A program made the translations under genes and the position numbers. Shown in pieces: positions 51,088-62,069 of a stretch of 64,000 nucleotides of DNA. The notes below the pieces were generated by a model. It saw only the letters and a list, made by a program, of their open reading frames with translations, was not told the origin of the DNA and did not search any database. Where the stretch lies: contig JBBQTF010000003.1 in the NCBI GenBank assembly GCA_038234675.1, positions 59,360 through 123,359 of the forward strand. Reading direction: 5' to 3'. How positions within the stretch are numbered: the first letter of the stretch is position 1; each line of letters begins with the position of its first letter. The DNA is from Steroidobacterales bacterium. GTDB lineage: Bacteria; Pseudomonadota; Gammaproteobacteria; Steroidobacterales; Steroidobacteraceae.

Positions 51088-51129
51088 AGAGCGCCTGCCC
51101 GAGTATGAGTTTTTAAGAGGAAGGTTTCC

Positions 51130-52668
<1,539 letters not shown>

Positions 52669-52740
52669 AACGTGCAACCGACGATGCACAACAGCATGGC
52701 AAGCGTGCACGGGATGACACCCGGAGCGCGGGGCTGATCC

Positions 52741-53601
52741 ATGGCAGGCACCAAGGAAATCCGCACCAAGATCGCCAGCGTCAAGAGCACGCAGAAGATC
52801 ACCAAGGCGATGGAAATGGTGGCGGCGAGCAAGATGCGCCGGGCGCAGGATCGCATGAAGCTGGCCCGCCCGTACGCGGCAAAGATGCGCTCGGTGATCG
52901 GCAATCTCACCGAGGCAAATCCCGACTACCGTCATCCGTTTCTGATCGAGCGCGCCCCCAAGTCGGTCGGCATTATTATCATCTCGACCGATCGGGGCCT
53001 GTGTGGCGGGCTCAACACCAACGTATTCAAGGTCGTCATCCACCTGATGCGCGAGTGGCAGGAGAAGGGCGCGGCCATCAAGCTGTGCATCCTCGGCACC
53101 AAGGGCCTGGCCTTCTTCCGGCGACTGGGCCTGCCCATTCTGGGCAGCACCACGGGACTTGGCGACCGCCCGCACGTCAAGGACCTGATCGGCTCGGTCA
53201 AAGTGATGCTGGACGCCTATCGCGACGGCTCGATCGATCGGCTGTTCATGGTCAACGCGCAGTTTGTTAACACGATGACTCAGAGGCCGCTGGTGCAGCA
53301 GTTGCTGCCGGCGCTGGCGCCCAACGAGTCGGAACTGGCCCAGCACTGGGATTACATCTATGAGCCCGAGGCCATTCAAATCCTCGACGGCTTGCTGATG
53401 CGCTACATCGAATCCCAGGTGTACCAGGGCTCGGTGGAGAACGTGGCCTGCGAGATGGCGGCGCGCATGGTGGCGATGAAGAGCGCCTCGGACAACGCCG
53501 GGAACTTGATTGCTGACTTGCAGCTGGTCTACAACAAGGCGCGGCAGGCGGCGATCACCAAGGAGCTGGCGGAGATCGTCGGCGGCGCCGCGGCAGTTTA
53601 G
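52741..53601 (+). CDS. atpG: ATP synthase F1 subunit gamma
   Basis: 286 aa with [33 protein letters not shown]. Confidence 0.97.
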   Translation: MAGTKEIRTKIASVKSTQKITKAMEMVAASKMRRAQDRMKLARPYAAKMRSVIGNLTEANPDYRHPFLIERAPKSVGIIIISTDRGLCGGLNTNVFKVVIHLMREWQEKGAAIKLCILGTKGLAFFRRLGLPILGSTTGLGDRPHVKDLIGSVKVMLDAYRDGSIDRLFMVNAQFVNTMTQRPLVQQLLPALAPNESELAQHWDYIYEPEAIQILDGLLMRYIESQVYQGSVENVACEMAARMVAMKSASDNAGNLIADLQLVYNKARQAAITKELAEIVGGAAAV

Positions 53602-53622
53602 CGAAACATTTTCAAGTTATGA

Positions 53623-55049
<1,427 letters not shown>

Positions 55050-55050
<1 letters not shown>

Positions 55051-55472
55051 TGGCGCACACCCTGCACGTCGACATCGTCAGCGCCGAGGGCGAGATATTC
55101 TCGGGCGAGGCGAAGATGGTGTTCCTGCCGGCGGCCGAGGGCGAGCTCGGCGTCGCTCCCCGACATGCGCCGCTTCTGGCGCTGCTCAAGGCGGGCGAGG
55201 TACGAGTGCAGCCGGTGGATGGTGCCGAAATGTCCTTCTACGTCGGCGGCGGAGCACTCGAGGTGCAGCCCTCCAGGGTGACGGTGCTGGCCGACACGGC
55301 GGCGCGCGCCTCTGATCTGGACGAAGCCGCGGCGCTCGCCGCCCGGCAACGGGCGGAGGAAGCCTTGGCCGCCAAGGTCGACAAGATAGATCTGGCGGAG
55401 GCGCAGGGCGAATTGATCCGTGCCGCCGCGCAGCTAAAGCTCATCCAGAAACTTCGCAAGATCAAAGGTTAA
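55050..55472 (+). CDS. atpC: ATP synthase F1 subunit epsilon
   Basis: 140 aa. Its start overlaps the atpD stop. Confidence 0.93.
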
Positions 55473-55541
55473 GCTTCGCTCCCGTACCGCCTGGCGGCCT
55501 GGCATTCCGGACTGGCCGCTGTGTTAGATTGTCCGTCCCCC

Positions 55542-56927
55542 ATGACGGCAAAGTCTTTAAAACCTCATCCGCTGTCCGTAGTAATCCTCGCGGCGGGGCA
55601 GGGAAAGCGGATGCATTCGGACCTGCCCAAGGTGTTGCAGCCGCTGGCCGGGCACTCGCTGCTCTCCCATGTGCTCGATGCGGCCACCGCGCTTGACCCT
55701 GCGCTGATCCATATCGTCTACGGCCACGGAGGGGAACGCGTGCGCACGGCGGTACGGGCCCCGAACCTGCGCTGGGTATTGCAATCCAAGCAGCTCGGGA
55801 CCGGCCATGCCGTCCAACAGGCCATGCCGGGGATGCCTGATAACCACCTGGTGCTCGTTCTCTATGGTGACGTACCCCTGATCCGCACCCAGACGTTGCG
55901 TGCGCTGCTCAAGCTTGCCGGACCCAAGAGCCTGGGCCTGCTGACGGCGAGGTTTGTCGACGCAAGCGGCTACGGGCGCGTCATCCGCAATGCGAAGGGC
56001 CAGGTGCGACGGATCGTTGAGCAGCACGATGCCAGCACAAAGGAACGGAAGATTCGCGAGGCCAACACCGGCGTGCTCGCGGTGCATGCCACGTTGCTCA
56101 AGCGTTGGTTGGGAAAACTCAAGAATCGCAATGCGCAGCAGGAGTATTACCTCACCGACATCATCGAGATGGCCGTCAAGGACAAGATAAAGGTCATGCC
56201 GCTGATCTCCACTTCGACGGTCGAAGTCCTGGGCGTGAACGATAAGCTGCAACTCGCCGGGCTGGAGAGCGAGTACCGGCGATTGCGCGCGAGTGAACTG
56301 ATGCTGGCCGGGGTTACGGTGATCGACCCTGCACGAATCGACGTGCGCGGGGCGGTCAGCTGCGGACGTGACGTGCTGCTCGACGTTAATGTGCTGCTCG
56401 AAGGCCCTGTGCAGCTCGGTGACGGGGTGCGGGTCGGCGCCAATTGCGTGTTGAGCCAGGTAAAGATAGGTGCCGGTACCAACATCAAGCCCAACTGTGT
56501 CATTGAGCGTGCCGAGATCGGCGCTGCGTGCCAGATCGGGCCATTCAGCCGCATTCGTCCCGAATCCACGCTGCACGATGGGGTGCACATCGGCAATTTC
56601 GTCGAAGTCAAGAAATCAGAGATCGGAACCGGCAGCAAAGCGAACCACTTAAGCTACGTGGGGGACGCGATGGTCGGTGCCGGGGTGAACCTGGGCGCAG
56701 GCACCATCACGTGTAATTACGACGGCGCCAGCAAATGGCCCACCGAGATCGGCGATCAGGCTTTTATCGGCTCCGGAGTTATGCTGGTCGCGCCCGTGAG
56801 AATCGGTGCCGGCGCCACCATCGGCGCCGGTTCAACGATCACGCACGATGCTCCGGCAGGCAAGCTCAGCGTGGAGCGTTCGGCGCAGCGGACCGTCGAG
56901 CACTGGCAGCGGCCCGGCAAGAAATAG
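55542..56927 (+). CDS. glmU: bifunctional UDP-N-acetylglucosamine pyrophosphorylase / GlcN-1-P acetyltransferase
   Basis: It has LAAGQGKRM and C-terminal left-handed beta-helix hexapeptide repeats. I prefer the ATG at 55542 over the tracked GTG at 55521. Confidence 0.95.
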   Translation: MTAKSLKPHPLSVVILAAGQGKRMHSDLPKVLQPLAGHSLLSHVLDAATALDPALIHIVYGHGGERVRTAVRAPNLRWVLQSKQLGTGHAVQQAMPGMPDNHLVLVLYGDVPLIRTQTLRALLKLAGPKSLGLLTARFVDASGYGRVIRNAKGQVRRIVEQHDASTKERKIREANTGVLAVHATLLKRWLGKLKNRNAQQEYYLTDIIEMAVKDKIKVMPLISTSTVEVLGVNDKLQLAGLESEYRRLRASELMLAGVTVIDPARIDVRGAVSCGRDVLLDVNVLLEGPVQLGDGVRVGANCVLSQVKIGAGTNIKPNCVIERAEIGAACQIGPFSRIRPESTLHDGVHIGNFVEVKKSEIGTGSKANHLSYVGDAMVGAGVNLGAGTITCNYDGASKWPTEIGDQAFIGSGVMLVAPVRIGAGATIGAGSTITHDAPAGKLSVERSAQRTVEHWQRPGKK

Positions 56928-56948
56928 CAGGCCGGGCGGTCCACAAGC

Positions 56949-58784
56949 ATGTGCGGAATAGTCGGGGCGATTGCCGGGCGCGATGTGGTGCCGCTGCTGA
57001 TCGAAGGCCTGAAGCGCCTTGAGTACCGAGGCTACGATTCGGCCGGCCTGGCCGTGGTCGACGCCGATGGGCAGATGTGCCGCCTGCGCACCGTCGGGAA
57101 GGTGCGAGCCCTGGAAGATGAGCTTGCCGCGACGCCCACCTCAGCTCCCCTTGGCATCGCACACACCCGCTGGGCAACACACGGAGCGCCGAGCGAGCGC
57201 AATGCGCATCCGCATATATCGCGCGACGGGCTTGCAGTGGTGCACAACGGCATCATCGAAAATTATGAAGAGCTGCGCAAGGAGCTGAAGGCCGTTGGCT
57301 ACGCGTTTGACTCCGAGACCGACACCGAAGTCATCGCACACCGGATCCACTTTCAAATGCGGCGCCTAGCCGATTTGTACAAGGCGGTCCGCGCCACCGT
57401 CGTAGAACTGGAAGGCGCCTACGCCCTCGCGGTGATAAGCCAACAGGACCCCAGTCGGATCATCCTTGCTCGCATGGGATGTCCGGCCGTCATCGGTTTT
57501 GGGCGGCACGAAAATTACATTGCCTCGGACGTGGCCGCGCTCCTGCCGGTCACGCGAAGTTTTACCTTTCTCGAAGAAGGCGACGTGGCCGAGATCACCC
57601 GCGAGGGCGTGCGTATCGTCGATCGTGAAGGCAACCAAGCCGTGCGCGCCGTGCGCGAAAGCGAGTTATCGGCGGACGCGGCCGAGAAGGGTCCCTACCA
57701 GCACTATATGCTCAAAGAGATCCACGAGCAGCCTCGCGCCGTCGCTGACACCTTGCAGGCGCGTGTTGCCAATGGGCACCTGCTCGAAGCCGCATTTGGT
57801 CCGGACGCTCCGGAGATTTTTGGGCGCACGCAAGGGGTGCATATCGTCGCTTGCGGCACCAGCTTTCACGCCGGCATCGTGGCGCGCTACTTTATCGAGC
57901 AGTATTGCCGTATACCCTGCCGCGTCGAGATTGCCAGCGAATACCGGTACCGCAATCCGGTTGTACAGAAAAAATCGCTGCTGGTAACGATCTCGCAATC
58001 CGGAGAGACGGCGGACACGCTCGCTGCGATGCGCCTTGGCAAGCAACTGGGGTATCTGGCGACGCTCGCGATCTGCAATGTACCGGAAAGTTCGCTGGTA
58101 CGGGAAGCGGACCTGGTGATGCTGACGCGGGCCGGCCCCGAGATCGGCGTCGCCTCGACCAAGGCATTCACGACGCAGCTGTCTGCTCTGGGCATGCTCG
58201 TTATCGCACTTGCCCGCCATAATGGCGGCGACGCTGAGAGCGAACGTGGCTTGGTCAATCGGTTGATCGAGCTGCCGGGCATGATAGAGAGAACTCTGGA
58301 ACTCGATCCGATGATAGAAAAACTCGCCCCGCGATTCGCCGAGAAGCAGCACGCTCTTTTCCTGGGTCGCGGTGCATTGCATGCGGTGGCCCTCGAAGGT
58401 GCGCTCAAGCTCAAGGAAATTTCCTACATCCATGCCGAAGCTTATGCGGCCGGGGAGCTCAAGCATGGCCCGCTCGCACTGGTGGACGCAGACATGCCGG
58501 TAATTACCGTGGCGCCCAACAACCAGCTGCTTGAGAAGCTCAAATCGAACCTGATGGAAGTGCGAGCGCGCGGTGGCGAGCTCTACGTATTCGCGGATCC
58601 CGACTCAGGATTTCAGTCCAGTGACGGCGTGCACGTCATACAGATGCCCAGAAACGTCGGGTATTTCCAGGCGCCGGTCGTGTACACGATTCCACTTCAA
58701 CTGCTTGCCTACCATGTGGCTATCCTGCGCGGCACCGATGTCGATCAACCGCGAAATCTTGCCAAGAGCGTCACGGTAGAGTAA
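56949..58784 (+). CDS. glmS: glutamine--fructose-6-phosphate aminotransferase
   Basis: 611 aa with the N-terminal MCGIVG nucleophile, two SIS domains and the C-terminal ...LAKSVTVE. Confidence 0.98.
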   Translation: MCGIVGAIAGRDVVPLLIEGLKRLEYRGYDSAGLAVVDADGQMCRLRTVGKVRALEDELAATPTSAPLGIAHTRWATHGAPSERNAHPHISRDGLAVVHNGIIENYEELRKELKAVGYAFDSETDTEVIAHRIHFQMRRLADLYKAVRATVVELEGAYALAVISQQDPSRIILARMGCPAVIGFGRHENYIASDVAALLPVTRSFTFLEEGDVAEITREGVRIVDREGNQAVRAVRESELSADAAEKGPYQHYMLKEIHEQPRAVADTLQARVANGHLLEAAFGPDAPEIFGRTQGVHIVACGTSFHAGIVARYFIEQYCRIPCRVEIASEYRYRNPVVQKKSLLVTISQSGETADTLAAMRLGKQLGYLATLAICNVPESSLVREADLVMLTRAGPEIGVASTKAFTTQLSALGMLVIALARHNGGDAESERGLVNRLIELPGMIERTLELDPMIEKLAPRFAEKQHALFLGRGALHAVALEGALKLKEISYIHAEAYAAGELKHGPLALVDADMPVITVAPNNQLLEKLKSNLMEVRARGGELYVFADPDSGFQSSDGVHVIQMPRNVGYFQAPVVYTIPLQLLAYHVAILRGTDVDQPRNLAKSVTVE

Positions 58785-58818
58785 ATCCGGTTTCCAAATC
58801 GACACTCGCGCCTAGCGG

Positions 58819-59121
58819 TCAAGTGGGCTGCGTGTTATGCGCCGGTTGTGTGGGTGCGACAAGGGAAACGCCAAAAGCTCCAAAGTAAGGGCTGGGAAGT
58901 ATGCAGCGCCAAGGATTTGTGGGGCTGACCGAGCTGGGGCACTCGTGAGCACCCGAACACGCCTCCATACCCATTAGACATGCCGCCCACTGCGCAATCA
59001 GTGGCAAAAGTTGCCCGCGCCGCACCGTCCCACGCAGGCGTTCGGGGCCGACCGCATCTACACCGTGCACTGAAAACACGTTCTTTGCCAAACGAATCCC
59101 GACAGTAGTAACGTTGTTCAT
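58819..59121 (-). mobile_element. IS110-family transposase remnant (N-terminal ~60-90 codons only, decayed)
   Basis: From the ATG at 59121 it reads MNNVTTVGIRLAKNVFSVHGVDA...LMGMEACSGAHE, matching the IS110 DEDD-domain N-terminus. The first catalytic Asp is replaced (GIRLAK versus the usual GIDLAK). Downstream of about 58940 only frame-hopping traces remain (PxxYxxxF). The rest of a ~330-400-aa transposase is absent. Confidence 0.7.
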
Positions 59122-59207
59122 GTCCCCTTCTCGTTGATGATTGAACATGCACACTCACGTCAATCTTGGCACTTCGCCCGCTTCGGGAGGGGGAAAGACT
59201 TACATTC

Positions 59208-59214
59208 GTTATAC
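59208..59214 (+). other. possible attC R'-type core (GTTATAC) upstream of the first cassette ORF
   Basis: It is the exact reverse complement of the GTATAAC box at 59712. It lies between the IS110 remnant and the VOC ORF. One position deviates from GTTRRRY. Confidence 0.25.
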
Positions 59215-59265
59215 GCGAGGTGCGCTATGCACGTGCCTCAGCGGAGAAGTGAGTAACGGGAAGAT

Positions 59266-59787
59266 ATGACGCTTAAACGGATGGACAACGTCCTCATCGT
59301 TGTCGACGATCTCGAAGCCGCCCAGGCCTTCTTTATCGAACTGGGCCTCGATGTGGAGGGCGAAACGACGGTCGAAGGGCCATTGATCGGGAGACTGATC
59401 GGAGTCAAGGATGTCCGGGCCGCCGTGGCGATGATGCGGGCCCCCGATGGGCAGGGCATTGAGCCGGATAAGTTTCACACGCCCAACGCGGTGAGGTGCG
59501 GTCCTTTTGACGCACCGGTGAATACGCTGGGCCTTCGTCGCGTCATGTTCGCCGTCGATGACATCGACGCTGGCATTGCGCAGATGCGCGACCAGGGGGC
59601 CGAGCTTATTGGCCAAATGCAGTATGAGGACTCGTACCGCCTGGCCTTCATCCGTGGGCCGAGGGCATCATTGTCGCACTTGCCGAGCAGCTCGGCGGGC
59701 GCGTGCCTGGCGTATAACCCCTCCATCGAGCGCACATCCAAAAGCCTGCTTGGCAGCCTTTTGGCTGCCGCTCATATCGAACGTTAG
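59266..59787 (+). pseudogene. VOC (glyoxalase/bleomycin-resistance fold) protein with a C-terminal frameshift
   Basis: The N-terminus reads MDNVLIVVDDLEAAQAFFIELGL...RRVMFAVDDIDA. After ...AFIRGP the tracked frame gives unrelated RASLSHLPSSS. The +1 frame gives the expected EGIIVALAEQLGGRVPGV and stops at TAA 59715..59717. The shift falls at GGGCC near 59656..59660. Confidence 0.7.
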
Positions 59788-59789
59788 AC
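59712..59789 (+). other. attC-like recombination site (78 nt)
   Basis: The R'' is GTATAAC (59712-18) and the R' is GTTAGAC (59783-89), pairing 6/7. ATCGAGCG (59725-32) pairs with CGCTC.ATAT (59769-77) with bulges. The apical stem CCAAAAGCCTG / CAGCCTTTTGG is 10/11 with a 5-nt loop. Unpaired 5-6-nt spacers lie on both sides. The upstream ORF stop sits inside the R'' and the next ORF starts 3 nt after the R'. Confidence 0.55.
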
Positions 59790-59792
59790 ATC

Positions 59793-60542
59793 GTGAACAC
59801 AATCAACGTCATCGCCCCGTACAGATACCACGGCACGTGGGTTTTTGACGATCCACGAGTCGATTTAGTTCAAGAGCCTTTTATCAGTGGCGCCGATACC
59901 CTGATTGATCTTGCCGTGGCAAACATCGGCGGTGCCGATCGCGGGTTTTTCCTAATATTCTCGTGCGAGCACTTTCCTGGCTACGTAATCCAATTGACCT
60001 GGTGTCGTTCCGATATGCTTGGAAATTGGTACTACTCGGAAAGCCTTGACCATGAAGCATGGCTCTGTCCTGCGCTGTTGAAGTATTTTGACGATGTTCC
60101 TAAAGCATTGTATTTGCAGTGCAAGGCGAAACCCGAAGATGCCAAACATCCGTCGGATTGGTCCGTGGAAGGACAGCAATGCATCGCAGCTCGCCACTGC
60201 GACTCTAATGAGCCGGCGCTGCCAGTCCGGCCGCGTGGCTCGGCCGCTCATCTCATGCCTAGAGAGCCTGCGCACGTCATGCCAGACCCATACTTATCGC
60301 CATCACATCCATTAGGAGCCCCCGCATGGCTGCGACTTACCGCAGTACTCATTCTTTTCCTCATTGTCATAGGGAACCTCATGTTCGTTACGATGGGACT
60401 ACTTAATGGCATCAGACCACGTAGATATGTATTCCTTTTCTCGGTATGGGTCATGGGGATTACGGGGCTCGTGATGCTCGCTCGGCTTTGGCGTGCGCTG
60501 GTTTTGCAGCGAGTGTCACCGCCAAGCGAGCCGCCCACGTGA
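59793..60542 (+). CDS. small conserved protein of unknown function (N-terminal ~115 aa) read through into a 2-TM tail
   Basis: It has a GTG start. The sequence MNTINVIAPYRYHGTWVFDDPRVDLVQEPFISGADTLIDL...GNWYYSE...EAWLCPALLKYFDDVPKALYLQCKAK looks like a widespread ~115-aa DUF-type family, as far as I recall. The remaining 130 aa are a low-complexity linker plus two TM helices. An in-frame ATG is at 60255. Confidence 0.55.
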   Translation: MNTINVIAPYRYHGTWVFDDPRVDLVQEPFISGADTLIDLAVANIGGADRGFFLIFSCEHFPGYVIQLTWCRSDMLGNWYYSESLDHEAWLCPALLKYFDDVPKALYLQCKAKPEDAKHPSDWSVEGQQCIAARHCDSNEPALPVRPRGSAAHLMPREPAHVMPDPYLSPSHPLGAPAWLRLTAVLILFLIVIGNLMFVTMGLLNGIRPRRYVFLFSVWVMGITGLVMLARLWRALVLQRVSPPSEPPT

Positions 60543-60763
60543 CGTCACTGGTTGTCTACCTACCGGGTCGCCCGCAGGGGCGCCAACGGTTCGATAAGGT
60601 CGGGGAGCGTCGATGATCGTAGTAAAAGAGTGTCGTCTAGGTCCGAGAGCGTCGCTCCGCGGTCAAGTGGAGCGCTTGGTGGCACATGGTCTGCACCCGG
60701 GCATCATCGCCGGGCCCGCGGTGGCCCATTTCGAGCACCGTGCCCGCGGCACGCATGCGGAGC

Positions 60764-60770
60764 GTTAGAT
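60764..60770 (+). other. attC R'-type core GTTAGAT
   Basis: It matches GTTRRRY and lies 4 nt upstream of the ATG at 60775. I could not define the 5' half of the site cleanly. Candidates are GTCTAGG at 60634 and CGCCAAC at 60581. Confidence 0.35.
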
Positions 60771-60774
60771 CGCC

Positions 60775-61155
60775 ATGCCCCAAGCGCCTCTCTTAGCCAT
60801 TATCGCCGGATGCTCCGCTGGAGTTATCGGAGGATACCTTTTTACTAAGGCGATCATTCTGTGGCTCTCCCGAAGCTGCGCCAGGCCAGGTCTAGTCGCG
60901 TTGCTTGCCACTGTGGGCGCGCTAGCCGCTTTGGTGCCCGCCTTCTTCTTAAGTATCTTTGTGGGAGACACTCTGGGCGGGGGATTCGGGCAGATGACAA
61001 ACCACATTCTCGGTCTAGAAACATTCGGTGTACCCGTTGGGCTTGGCTTGGGATTGGCCCTTATCCTCGCTGTGATAACCGGCTGCGGTGCGCTAGCCGG
61101 AGCAGCGATTGCACGATTTATTGCCGCCCGTCACCCACCTCGTGCAGTGCTCTAA
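60775..61155 (+). CDS. small hypothetical membrane protein (4 predicted TM)
   Basis: 126-aa Gly/Ala/Leu-rich hydrophobic ORF. Its stop TAA is embedded in CTCTAAC (61150-61156). Confidence 0.5.
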   Translation: MPQAPLLAIIAGCSAGVIGGYLFTKAIILWLSRSCARPGLVALLATVGALAALVPAFFLSIFVGDTLGGGFGQMTNHILGLETFGVPVGLGLGLALILAVITGCGALAGAAIARFIAARHPPRAVL

Positions 61156-61473
61156 CAACGCATGGAGCGCCCCGTAGTACTATGTTCGCTGCGGTGCACG
61201 GACGGGTGGTTGCACACTTGGCTCACTCACTCATTTGCTCGATGGCTCAGCGCTCCCCGCCAGGGTTCGCCTCAATATGTACCCGCGAGTGCAAGCCTGC
61301 CGAATCCGATGGGCCGCAGGGCGTCTAACGATCGGATCGACTGCTACAGCGGCCCCAATTGCTCCGGATAGGCCGGCGAGAGGGGTCGATGATCGGCATA
61401 AATGAACTTCGTACTGTTTTGGGGGCGCCGCGCCCCGGTCAACCGGAGCGCGAGGCGTCATCGGGGTTATCGA

Positions 61474-61818
61474 ATGATTGAGACCTCGTGCCACTGCGGA
61501 TCAGTAGTGGTCCAGATCCCCCGGAGGCCGCGCACGATCACAGAATGCAACTGCTCGATCTGCAGGCGTTACGGCGCCCTCTGGGCCTACTACGCGCTGG
61601 GTGAAATCCAAGTCCGTGGGAAGCGCGGATCGACTTCCTCGTACATTTGGGGAGACGGAAGTATTCGCTTTGTTCGATGTCGGCGTTGCGGCTGCGTTAC
61701 CCACTGGGCAGCAGCGGCGAAGGCGGCCGCCGGGCGGGTCGGTGTAAATATGCGCAATGCTGATCAGCTCGTCATAAGGACAGCGCGCATTAGATACGTC
61801 GACGGGTCTTCCATGTAA
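61474..61818 (+). CDS. GFA/CENP-V family zinc-binding protein
   Basis: The internal Met gives MIETSCHCGSV...CNCSICRRYGALW...RFVRCRRCGCVTHW, the Cys pattern of the glutathione-dependent formaldehyde-activating (GFA) fold. Confidence 0.75.
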   Translation: MIETSCHCGSVVVQIPRRPRTITECNCSICRRYGALWAYYALGEIQVRGKRGSTSSYIWGDGSIRFVRCRRCGCVTHWAAAAKAAAGRVGVNMRNADQLVIRTARIRYVDGSSM

Positions 61819-62069
61819 GGGTCTAGACCGAAATTATTCCTTGTTTGCACTGGGGGCAGAGCAGAGGCGAAAATTCGCAGAGGCGACGGGAAAATCCTAC
61901 GTGTTGTACATTGAGAATACCCAGCCTAAAAAGGCGTTCGGTCGGTCCCTGAAGCGTAGTCGTTGGCGCGCTGTGAGCGCGTCTGTAAATTGTGCACCCT
62001 CGGCGCGCCAGTGCGGCCAGCTCGCGGCCGCTAACCGCGAACGCTGGACATTAGCATTGAGGTAAAGGT

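Noticed and set aside
58849-58930. Tn7-end-like motif TGTGGGTGCGACAAGG, 65 nt after the glmS stop, with a second TGTGGGGCTGAC 69 nt further on. This raised the idea of a Tn7-like transposon end at attTn7.
   Set aside because: No tnsABCD-like genes, no clear array of 22-bp TnsB-type repeats and no convincing inverted partner end are visible. The best candidate, GCCGCCCACG at about 60530, is weak. The stretch also still shows frame-hopping traces of the IS110 transposase, so the resemblance may be coincidental. It is worth a formal search only as an adjunct to the cassette-array check.
58815-60670. A 12-bp direct repeat GCGGTCAAGTGG at 58815-58826 and 60659-60670.
   Set aside because: A single 12-mer repeat within about 5 kb is roughly what chance predicts, and the flanks do not extend the match.
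60640-60770. A reverse-strand peptide ...GTVLEMGHRGPGDDARVQTMCHQAL... faintly reminiscent of the LLGH...Y.H C-terminus of tyrosine recombinases or integron integrases.
   Set aside because: The fragment is only about 45 codons between stops. It has the wrong spacing and no Tyr at the catalytic position, and nothing upstream or downstream continues the similarity.
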